From a virus (lineage: Duplodnaviria > Heunggongvirae > Uroviricota > Caudoviricetes): 7,441 bases of DNA. The position numbers and the translations under genes were made by a program. Under the pieces are notes generated by a model. It had not been told where the DNA came from, did no database searches, and saw only the letters and a program-made list of their open reading frames with translations. The stretch lies in the IMG/VR virus record IMGVR_UViG_2531839579_000023. One strand, written 5' to 3'. Below are positions 1-7,441 of this stretch, piece by piece (position 1 is the first letter of the stretch; every line of letters starts with the position of its first letter).

Positions 1-219
1 AATTCATAGATATTTTTTACCATCCTATGGATTTTTGGGCGTTTTCTAAGTTTTTTCAGATGGTTGTATTTTTTCTAAAAACTCCTGATCTCGATTTTGC
101 TGTTTGTCTGAGACCTTTTTATGTCCCATATATGCCCCAAGGTGCCCCATGTAAATCCAATTCAACTCAAAGCATCCCTGTTCAATATTTTTACAAGGGG
201 CTTGCATATCAGTGTTTTT

Positions 220-786
220 TTATTGCGTAACGTCAAACGCTCGGATTGAGCGTAAATCATCAAGATTATTCAGCTCTTCCTTCATCTCCCGCTGACGACG
301 ATAAATCTCGTCATTGCGATCGGCCTGTGCCCGTGCCATTACTGCCGCAAGTTCTTCCAGTTCCTGCATCGTCAGGAGGATTGGCGTATTCTCTCCATCT
401 CCCCAAACAATTGTTTCTCTGCCAGCTCCTGATTTCGCCGCCATTACCACTGGTAAGAGGCGGGACAGCGAAACCGGACCAGCATTCCATTTGTGACCTT
501 TCCATTCCAGCATGAACGACATGGACTCCTGTTCCTGACGCCATACTTCGATCTCACACACTTTAGCCTCTTTTTCTGCGGCAATAAGTTCAGGCGTAAC
601 GGTAAACCGGGCTATTCCGCCCCACTTCCCGCTTTGCAGTTCCTGCCAGACCTGTTTACCCATTTCCGCAACATCATTCTCAACAGCGGTATAAGGTAGA
701 TGTACCTCCTGCCCCTCCAAAAGCACTTCACAATATACAGCACCATCCTCCAGAAACATGGCATTTCTTATATTTTTTATCTGCAT
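220..786 (-). CDS. Putative tail fibre assembly / chaperone protein (Tfa-position ORF, 188 aa)
   Basis: Uninterrupted 188-codon ORF (MQIKNIRNAMFLEDG...RSIRAFDVTQ). Its ATG (784-786) lies 6 nt after the stf-like stop (793-795) on the same strand, the usual fibre/chaperone arrangement. It does not resemble lambda Tfa as I recall it, so the function is inferred from position and size only. Confidence 0.45.
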   Translation of the reverse strand: MQIKNIRNAMFLEDGAVYCEVLLEGQEVHLPYTAVENDVAEMGKQVWQELQSGKWGGIARFTVTPELIAAEKEAKVCEIEVWRQEQESMSFMLEWKGHKWNAGPVSLSRLLPVVMAAKSGAGRETIVWGDGENTPILLTMQELEELAAVMARAQADRNDEIYRRQREMKEELNNLDDLRSIRAFDVTQ

Positions 787-792
787 ACTCTG

Positions 793-2688
793 TCACCCGA
801 CCCGCACAAATAATCCTATATACGCTTCCTTTCCGTTGGTGGTATAAAGACCATCTCCCCCCAGAGACTGATACACTCCGGGAAATGCCGATGTATTCGT
901 TCTGCCAATGACAAACGTTGCCTCCCCTTTCATTGTGCCTGCTCCTGTCACGCCTCCCACTACTATTTCCACCGGCGCAAGTGCTTTTCCCGGGCATGGT
1001 TGTCCACGACTCAGGCGCATTAAAACTCCACCTTCCGCTACTCCCAAAAAAGCTGCCATAACCACACTGCCGATATCCGGTTTCGGCGAACTGATACTTC
1101 TTAAAAATTCATCCTTTGATAATTTGCTCTGAGCCTCATCCATTACCACTTTGACCGCTTTTGGGGTTGCCGCCAGTGACTCGGAAGTGCTGTTTGTCGC
1201 ACTACTGAGTTGTACTATCCCTTTCTGTGCTGTCGTTGCATTCTGTGCGGTGTATTTCCCGTTAGCCAGGTCATACGCGGCCTTAACTGCTTTTGGCGTT
1301 GCCGCCAGGTCGAGTCTGTTGTCGCACTCTGAGTGTACTATCCCCTTTTTCGTCGTGCTCGCATCCTCAAGCGCCACGGCGATGCAATATCCTCTGCCCG
1401 TTTTGCGCTGTCTCGCGCGCGTTGCTGCGATTCGCCGTACTTTGCTCTGGCTGCGCCGTCGCACTACCAGCGCCTCGTCGCCTTCGTGGATGCCGTCGTG
1501 GCGCTGCCCTTCGCTGCTGACGCCTGTTGGTCGCCTCATCTTTTGAAGCAGACGCCGATGATGCCGATGACGCCGCCGAACTGGCGGACGATGCGGCAGC
1601 CGTTTTTGAGGATTCTGCACGGGTTTCCGACGCTTTCGCGTTCGTTTCGGATGTCTTCGCTGCGGAAGCAGACCTCGCTGCTGCGCTGGCCTGTTCAGTG
1701 GCTTCGCCAGCCTTCGTTGTGGCTGTTGAAGCAGACGATGCGGCACTTTCTGCCGACTTTCCGGCAGCGGTGGCACTGGCTGAGGCCTGCCCGGCACTTG
1801 TTGATGCGGCACTGGCAGATGATGCAGCCGCTGTTTTTGAGCCTGCCGCAGCTGAGGCGCTCTGTCCCGCTGCCGTTTCAGAAGACCTGGCGTTCGTCTC
1901 GGACGTTTTTGCCGCCTTCGCGGAATTTCCTGCCGCCGTTGCCGAGGAAGCGGCACTACTGGCGCTTGATGATGCGTTCGTTTCTGATGATTTCGCTGCC
2001 TCTTTTGAGGCCGCCGCATCCCGGGCTGAGGTGGCGCTTCTGACGCTTCGTGGTCGCGGGGATGCAGAAGTGGCTGCGATTTTGTGACGCTGCGCATTCG
2101 TTTCTGACGTTTTCGCCGCACGGCACTGGTAGCGCCGCGCTTTTTGAGGACTCTGCAGCGCAGCACTTTTGATGCTTCAGGCTTTGTTGATGCCGTTCCG
2201 CGCTGGAAGAGCCTGAGCCGACGCGCGGCCTGCCGGCTGAGTGCTGGCGCCGGCTGAGCCTGAGCATCAGTCGCATGGGTTGCCGCCTCACGGCGATGTG
2301 CGGCATCCTGGCTGACTTCTTGCGGCTGCCGTGTTCTGTGCCACCCGGACGCGTTACGCGCCACTCTTCCACCATCAGTCAAACGGCGCAGTGCCTCGGA
2401 CGGCATCATCCTCCGTCATGGCACCGAGAAAATCATTCAGCGTACCGGTCGGATCTTCATACACGTGATGGTCCCGGCATGTGACGGCGGGAACCTCCAC
2501 CAACAGAATAACGCTGTACTGCCGTACTCAACGTCCATGCTGTAACGCCCGGCTTCATCCGGATTTTCTGAGGCCAGCGTGTTCACCACCACCGTGGTGC
2601 TGTTACGTTTTGCTTTCAGCTGGATTGTGCAGTTCTGTACCGGTTTTCCTGTGCCGTCTTTCAGTACACCTGAAATCTTTACTGCCAT
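793..2688 (-). pseudogene. stf: Side tail fibre protein Stf-like, frame-disrupted as given
   Basis: N-terminus from ATG 2686-2688 reads MAVKISGVLKDGTGKPVQNCTIQLKA...NPDEAGRYSMDVEYG, near-identical to recalled lambda Stf (orf-401); the ORF track starts 2 codons earlier at a GTG (2694). My manual translation of 1527-2087 in a third minus frame gives the lambda-like Ala/Ser/Thr-rich shaft (...ATSARDAAASKEAAKSSETNASSS...AAKTSETNARSSETAA...). The C-terminal part is in the frame of the 793-2409 ORF (...IAVALEDASTTKKGIV...LAATPKAVK...). The N-terminal frame hits a stop at 2437-2439 and the lambda-like text moves between frames, so no single frame encodes the protein. Confidence 0.8.
1153..1345 (-). 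repeat. Tandem ~132-bp direct repeat inside stf encoding a ~44-aa tail-fibre repeat motif
   Basis: Two adjacent copies: plus-strand core 1174-1215 and 1306-1338, flanked by the shared cttttggNgttgccgccag. Copy 1 encodes TAQKGIVQLSSATNSTSESLAATPKAVK; copy 2 is a shortened version. The motif matches the tail-fibre repeat known from lambda Stf and Rac StfR-type fibres. Confidence 0.7.
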
Positions 2689-2699
2689 ATTCACCCCAC

Positions 2700-2727
2700 A
2701 AAAAAGCCCGCCTGAACCGGCGGGCTG
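2700..2727 (-). terminator. Rho-independent terminator downstream of lom
   Basis: On the minus strand: 8-bp GC-rich stem agcccgcc/ggcgggct (plus 2706-2713 and 2720-2727), 6-nt loop, then a run of seven T (plus-strand A run 2699-2705). It sits 26 nt after the lom stop and 10 nt before the stf ATG. Confidence 0.65.
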
Positions 2728-2753
2728 TCATAACACTGTGTTACCTGGCTAAT

Positions 2754-3343
2754 CAGAATTTATAACCGACACCCACGATGAAACCGTCAGTGCGCCAGTC
2801 ACCACTGCCGGAGCCTTCATAAGCAATATCAATGGCCACGGATTCGGTCGGGTTAAACTGCACGCCAGCCCCCCACGCCAGAGACGTGTTGCTGTGGCGA
2901 CCGTCATCACTTCCGGTCAGCACATCGTGCTTTTCCCCTTGTTGTCAGTTACGCGAGATAATCCCCGGAGAAAGTCGACACACGGCTGTAAGCCACACCC
3001 GCCATCGCATACGCGCTGAACCATTCATTCACGCGCACAGACGGCCCGCCATCACGCTGAACCAGCGGTTACGCACGGAATCTCATGCCAGCGGGTATCG
3101 CTGTATGCGTTTTTTGCTCATCTCAGCTTGGCATAACTGAAGACGTAATCAGCCCCAGCGGTCCGTAAACTCATAACGGTATTTCACGTTAATCCCGTTC
3201 AGATTATCGCTGCCGGGAGCGTTCGTACGGGCATGAAGATACCCTGCGCTCAGTGTGGCCTGCTGCTCAGACGCCCATGCAGGCGCACCGGATACGGCCA
3301 GACAGATGGCTGCGGACAAAATGGCTGCACAAACTTTACGCAT
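2754..3343 (-). pseudogene. lom: Lom outer-membrane protein (Ail/Lom family), frame-disrupted as given
   Basis: Start ORF 3149-3343 reads MRKVCAAILSAAICLAVSGAPAWASEQQATLSAGYLHARTNAPGSDNLNGINVKYRYEFTD, near-identical to recalled lambda Lom with a cleavable signal peptide. Manual translation of the 3' end gives ...HDVLTGSDDGRHSNTSLAWGAGVQFNPTESVAIDIAYEGSGSGDWRTDGFIVGVGYKF, stop at 2754-2756. Between about 2935 and 3170 the Lom text continues only by switching frame several times. SD gagagg lies 6 nt upstream of the ATG. Confidence 0.85.
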
Positions 3344-3367
3344 AATTACCTCTCGCTTTTCTGCAAT

Positions 3368-3391
3368 AAAAAAGGCGCCATTTCTGGCGCC
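3368..3391 (-). terminator. Hairpin plus T-run between J and lom (terminator-like)
   Basis: On the minus strand: ggcgcc agaaat ggcgcc followed by tttttt (plus 3386-3391 and 3374-3379 stems, A run 3368-3373). It lies 20 nt after the J stop and 24 nt before the lom ATG. Confidence 0.55.
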
Positions 3392-3410
3392 CGTATATGG
3401 GTTATAAAAT

Positions 3411-4850
3411 TCAGCTGATACTGATGCCTGCGGTGGCTTTCTTCATCACCACAACCAGCAAATCGCTGATACTTGCTGTGGGATACCAGTCATTTACCAG
3501 CCATGATGACACCGAAAACTCCAGCGTCATGTGGCCGCGACCAGCTGGCATATCAATAACACCACTGTAAATCAGCGTATTATCCAGCGCGGTACGGTTA
3601 TAAATTTCAGCACCGTTTTTCCGTACTATCAGGCGGCATGACGAATAAATATCGTTATTCTCCCTCTCATGTTTAGCGCCGCTGAATGCCACCGCCGGAA
3701 TAACAATCTGCCGGTCAAACGGCTGATCGTCATAAACCCTGACGGTGATGGTCCCTGATGGCCACCGTTCCGGTGCACGGGAGTCCCGGGGGAAAGCTTT
3801 GCCCACTGTTTTAACGAGATCGCCTTCAATCTGGTTGGCGGACAGTTTTCCCAGAACCCGACAGTTCTCGTTAATCGTGACGTTGTTGAGCGTCCCGGAG
3901 TTCGCATTCACGTTACCGCTGATATCGGCATTTTTCGCCGTCAGCCGCCCGTCCGGTGTCAGGGAAAATGCCGGAGGATTACCGCCGCTGGTAATGGTCG
4001 GAGCCGTCAGGCGTTTCAGGAACACGTCGTTCATGAATATCTGATCGCCCTGACCAACAAACATTGGTCTTGTGTTGCCATTAGACGGATCAATAAACGC
4101 GATACGGTTAGCGGCAACCAGGAACTGGCTCAGCTTGCCTTCTTCCGTGTCCTCCATGCTGAGGCCAATACCCGCGACATAATGTTTGCCGTCTTTGGTC
4201 TGCTCAATTTTGACAGCCCACATGGCATTCCACTTATCGTTGGCGTCCTTCCACTCTTTCGAAAACTCCTCCAGTCTGCTGGCGTTATCCTCCGTCAGCT
4301 CGACTTTTTCCAGCAGCTCCTTGCCGAGATGGGATTCGGTTATCTTGCCTTTGAAAAAATCCAGGTAACCTTCCGCATCATCGCTCGCCCGACCGACGGC
4401 CTCCACGAATGCCGATTTGCCAACGGTGTTCACACTGCGGATATAAAAGTAATAATCATGGCCCGGTTTGATATTGATACTGGCAGCTATCCAGTACAGC
4501 GCCGAGCCAAGATAGCGGGCTGCGGTTTCAACCTGCCTGATATCCGCAATCCGCTTTTCCGAGAACCAGAACTCAAACTGTACCGTCGGATCATAAACCG
4601 CAAGATGCGGCGTGGCGGTTATCTGAAAATACCCCGGTGTCAGCTCAATCTGCGACGGCGCTGCCGGTGCGGCAATCCGGAACGATACCGATGCCGGATC
4701 GCCCTGCTGCCCCCACGCATTTACTGCCCGGACTGTCAGCCTGTAGTTCCCCAGCGCCAGTTGTGTGAAGCGGTATGTGGTTTCCGCCGTCCGGGCTGTG
4801 CTGACCAGCCGCTCACTGCCGTCATCCGCTGCCACGGTCAGGCGAAGCAT
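3411..4850 (-). CDS. J: Tail-tip host-specificity protein J, C-terminal 479 codons (uninterrupted portion)
   Basis: ORF reads ...[61 protein letters not shown]...[33 protein letters not shown]..., near-identical to recalled lambda J over roughly 330 aa, then a diverged last ~150 aa. The listed Met is internal; this is the 3' part of a longer gene whose upstream part is frame-broken. Confidence 0.9.
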   Translation of the reverse strand: MLRLTVAADDGSERLVSTARTAETTYRFTQLALGNYRLTVRAVNAWGQQGDPASVSFRIAAPAAPSQIELTPGYFQITATPHLAVYDPTVQFEFWFSEKRIADIRQVETAARYLGSALYWIAASINIKPGHDYYFYIRSVNTVGKSAFVEAVGRASDDAEGYLDFFKGKITESHLGKELLEKVELTEDNASRLEEFSKEWKDANDKWNAMWAVKIEQTKDGKHYVAGIGLSMEDTEEGKLSQFLVAANRIAFIDPSNGNTRPMFVGQGDQIFMNDVFLKRLTAPTITSGGNPPAFSLTPDGRLTAKNADISGNVNANSGTLNNVTINENCRVLGKLSANQIEGDLVKTVGKAFPRDSRAPERWPSGTITVRVYDDQPFDRQIVIPAVAFSGAKHERENNDIYSSCRLIVRKNGAEIYNRTALDNTLIYSGVIDMPAGRGHMTLEFSVSSWLVNDWYPTASISDLLVVVMKKATAGISIS

Positions 4851-6727
4851 GAACTCACGCCCTTCACCACCTTCGGCGTTCCCAGCGGCCAGACCTGATA
4901 CTCCCCGCTGTCTGCGGTGACTTCGCGGTCAGTGCTGCACGCTGGCGGCGTGACACCATTACCGTGCCGCTCTGGTCGCCGTCAAAGTGCGCCCCGTTAT
5001 CCACGATGGCTCTTTTTCCGGTACATGCTGCACGGCGGTGATGGCATACGTGCCGTCTCGTTCTCACGGATACTCACGCAGCGGAACAGGCGCTGGCGCA
5101 CGTCGGCAGCTTCAGCCCCCAACGCTGTATCGCAACGCCGTCAGGAACACGGCTCACTTTACCTTCACGCCGTCGGTGACGGACTGACCTCCACGCTGAC
5201 CGGATCCCTCCGTCAACCAGGCTTATCAGCGTGGTCCGGAGATGGCAGCGTGATTTCACGGTCGAGCGTCAGCGTCCGGGTCTGGCTGTTACCGCCAGCA
5301 CGCGCCCCGGTGCGATACCGCATAGTCATCATCGCAGATTTCAATGACATCCCCGGTACATGGCGAAGCCCTTCGCACCCACGCTGAAGTCCACGGTCTG
5401 CGTTTCCAGCAGTTCGTTTTAATCAGCCACAGCCCGGCGCGGTGGCCTGCCCCCGGCTGGTACAGCCAAAGCATCCATCTTCGTGACGTTACGACCGTAA
5501 CGGGCAATGGCCTGCGTTCTCACAAGCTCTGTCGCCGTCTCCCAGCCGTTATCGGGTCAATCCAGTTCACCTCAACGGCATTATGGCGGTCTTCAGGGCG
5601 CTGAACTGTAGCGGAACGGCGCCCATCATCCGGCATCACCACATTACTGCGGTTATAGGCCACACCTTATCGAGGTCGGTCCTGCACGAACGTCAGCTCT
5701 GCCCGTTCCATACCGGCATACAGCGCATCGCGAGCAGAAATCACTGAGCACATCCCACGCTTCGCTGGTGGTCAGAGCATTACAGGTGATGCGCGGCTCC
5801 GTGCCGCCAAACCGTCCGGCACGACTGGTCGCAGTACTGGCCGATAATACAGCGCCCATTTTCCACATCGCCGCACCAAGACGTTTCCCCATGCCGTAGC
5901 GGGATGGGTCAGCATATCCCACAGACACCAGGCCATGTTTTGCTGTATGCTGGCTTAAACGTTCCGTCCCAGATACCGCTGTATTGCCGGTCTGCGGGTT
6001 ATAGTTCGACGGCACCTGCAGAATACGCCCGCGCAGATGATAATTACGGCTCACCTGCTGGCTGCCGAACTGCTCCGATCCACCTGACGCCGACCAGTGC
6101 CGTGTTCGGGTAGCACTGTTTCACATCGATATTTCGGTGTATGACGACCAGAGCGTTTTGTTCTGCAGCTGGTCTGTGGTGCTGTCCGGCGTCATCTGCG
6201 CATCCGGATATTAAACGGGCGCGGCGGCAGGTTATCCACCACCACCGAGGCCAGATACTGGAGTGGTTTTGCCCTTAATGGTGATGTCTTTTTCCGTCAC
6301 CCAGCCACCTTACGTGTATCTGAACCAGCAGGCGACTTCCGACGGATTCCGTCCCCCTTTGAGGTGGTTTCCACCAGTGCCTGCACACCGAAGGTAAAGC
6401 GCAGACGGTCGATGTTTGCCGACGTGATGGTCCGGGTATCGGCGTGTCTATTTCACTTCCGTACCCAGACCGTCTCGGACCGAGATTCAAATCCCTCCGG
6501 CGGTGTCTGTCCTGCTCACCTGCCCGGAACACCACCGTGACACCGAGATGTTGTATTCCCCTCACTGTCCAGCACCGGGTACTGTTCAGCAGCACGCTTT
6601 TTAATCCATCCACCGGACCTTCAACCGGCCCTTCGCTGATGGCATCGATCACACTCAGCAACTGCGTGGACTTCAGGTTGTCCTTCGCTTCGCGCGGGGT
6701 ATGCCCCTTACTGCTGCCTTTACCCAT
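4851..6727 (-). pseudogene. J: Tail-tip host-specificity protein J, N-terminal ~two-thirds, multiply frame-disrupted as given
   Basis: ATG at 6725-6727 with SD ggag 8 nt upstream; first 50 aa MGKGSSKGHTPREAKDNLKSTQLLSVIDAISEGPVEGPVDGLKSVLLNST match lambda J. Lambda-J-like text then continues in pieces on different frames (6275-6727, 5653-6054 QVSRNYHLRGRILQVPSNYNPQT..., 5289-5507 ...HRAGLWLIKT...GDVIEICDDDYA, 5074-5259 ...TALISLVDG...KVSRVPDGVA, 4864-5067 ...AIVDNGAHFDGDQSGTV), with stops between them. Confidence 0.8.
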
Positions 6728-6749
6728 TCGTCATGCTCCATAAACGACA

Positions 6750-6769
6750 AAACCGCCCGGAGGCGGTTT
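6750..6769 (-). other. Perfect 8-bp stem / 4-nt loop hairpin in the I-J intergenic spacer
   Basis: Plus strand aaaccgcc cgga ggcggttt (6750-6757, loop 6758-6761, 6762-6769). On the minus strand it is followed by tgtcgtttatggagc and the J ATG. The structure is seen directly; its function is unknown. Confidence 0.5.
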
Positions 6770-6787
6770 CACATAAAACATTTTGCA

Positions 6788-7441
6788 TCAGCGACCAATC
6801 ACCACAACCTGACCACCATCCCCTTCGTCTGCCGTGCTGATCTCCTGAGAAACCACACGTGACCCCACGCGCATTTCACCGTACAGAACAGGCAGAACAT
6901 TGCCCTGGGCAACCATGTTATCCAGTGAGGAGAAATAGGTGTTCTGTTTGCCGTTATCCGTTGTCTGTGTACGGGGAGTTCTGGCTTTCGGTGCCAGCAT
7001 CTGCGCCACACCACCGAGCACCATACTGGCACCGAGAGAAAACAGGATGCCGGTCATACCACCGGCCCCAATGGCTGCCCCCCATGCTGCAAGGGTGGCT
7101 CCGGCGGTAAAGAATGATCCGGCAATGGCGGCAGCCCCCAGGACAATCTGGAATACGCCACCTGACTTGGCCCCGGCGACTCTGGGAACAATATGAATCA
7201 CAGCGCCATCAGGCAGAGTCTCATGTAACTGCGCCGTTAACCCGGACGTGCTGACGTCCCGCCCGGCAATCCGTACCTGATACCAGCCGTCGCTCAGTTT
7301 CTGACGAAACACCGGGAGCTGTGTGGCCAGTGCGCGGATGGCTTCAGCCCCCGTTTTCACACGAAGGTCGATGCGGCGGCCAAATCGTTGCAAATCCCCG
7401 TAAAGGCAGATGCGCGCCATGCCCGGTGACGCCAGAGGGAG
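6788..7441 (-). CDS. I: Tail assembly protein I (gpI), 5' end beyond window
   Basis: ORF reads MARICLYGDLQRFGRRIDLRVKTGAEAIRALATQLP...GEMRVGSRVVSQEISTADEGDGGQVVVIGR, near-identical to recalled lambda gpI (223 aa). Lambda gpI has about 13 more N-terminal residues, so the true start is probably just past position 7441. Stop at 6788-6790. Confidence 0.9.
   Translation of the reverse strand, partial: LPLASPGMARICLYGDLQRFGRRIDLRVKTGAEAIRALATQLPVFRQKLSDGWYQVRIAGRDVSTSGLTAQLHETLPDGAVIHIVPRVAGAKSGGVFQIVLGAAAIAGSFFTAGATLAAWGAAIGAGGMTGILFSLGASMVLGGVAQMLAPKARTPRTQTTDNGKQNTYFSSLDNMVAQGNVLPVLYGEMRVGSRVVSQEISTADEGDGGQVVVIGR

Noticed and set aside
27-230. Plus-strand 67-aa ORF in the AT-rich left end
   Set aside because: Low-complexity Phe/Tyr-rich translation of AT-rich DNA with no Shine-Dalgarno, and its 3' end overlaps the stop of the minus-strand ORF. 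Most likely non-coding.
728-997. 89-aa minus-strand ORF overlapping the stf/tfa junction, and the 3629-3907 ORF inside J
   Set aside because: Alternative-frame ORFs nested inside well-supported genes on the same strand; Arg/Gly-rich composition, no independent support.
1151-2087. Plus-strand ORFs of 131, 236 and 186 aa antisense to stf
   Set aside because: They are reverse-strand readings of the GC-rich repetitive shaft-coding region (Asp/Ala-rich or Arg/Leu/Pro-rich). Open frames arise by composition; no RBS or recognisable protein.
1956-2375. 139-aa minus-strand ORF
   Set aside because: Another partial-frame reading of the stf shaft; it contains only a short stretch of real Stf text (CCAAESSKSAA resembles AAAAESSKNAA). 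Not an independent gene.
793-2409. 538-aa minus-strand ORF taken at face value as one intact tail-fibre protein
   Set aside because: Only its C-terminal part is genuine Stf-like sequence. The middle ~300 aa (Arg/Pro/Gln/Lys/His-rich) is a wrong-frame reading of the Ala/Ser/Thr-rich shaft, and the true N-terminus is in the separate ORF ending at a stop at 2437.
4182-4898. 238-aa plus-strand ORF and other plus-strand ORFs inside J (3745-4044, 4917-5387, 5344-5604, 6444-6743)
   Set aside because: Antisense to the strongly supported J gene, with no recognisable protein features. Typical spurious ORFs in GC-rich coding DNA.
5764-5771. Chi octamer GCTGGTGG on the plus strand inside J
   Set aside because: A single 8-mer is plausible by chance in 7.4 kb, and it lies in an indel-riddled block where it may be created by a base loss. 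Wild-type lambda is Chi-free, but one site proves nothing here.
1-7441. Search for CRISPR repeats, tRNA/rRNA, IS inverted repeats, invertase crossover sites (gix/hix/pix-like) near the fibre genes, toxin-antitoxin or defence-system signatures
   Set aside because: None found by eye. The only repeats are the intragenic tail-fibre repeats in stf. No recombinase gene is present in the window, and the AT-rich left end shows no recognisable invertase crossover site.

Overview
All coding signal is on the minus strand and forms the distal tail / host-range module of a lambda-like phage or prophage, in lambda gene order read right to left: gpI (tail assembly, 5' end off-window), J (tail-tip host-specificity protein), lom (Ail/Lom outer-membrane moron), stf (side tail fibre), and a small ORF in the tfa (fibre chaperone) position, then about 220 bp of AT-rich non-coding DNA at the left edge. 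Identification rests on recalled lambda protein sequences; no search was run. Two things stand out. (1) The frames of J (N-terminal two-thirds), lom (middle) and stf (N-terminal and central part) are broken by many closely spaced single-base indels, in blocks that alternate with clean blocks. This looks more like sequence-quality artefact than biology, though a decaying cryptic prophage is possible. (2) The receptor-recognition ends (J C-terminal ~150 aa; stf C-terminus plus the downstream chaperone-like ORF) are diverged from lambda, i.e. a mosaic host-range cassette. I see no CRISPR array, tRNA/rRNA, IS element, integrase/invertase or recognisable defence system, and I do not think this window supports a claim of a novel biological system.
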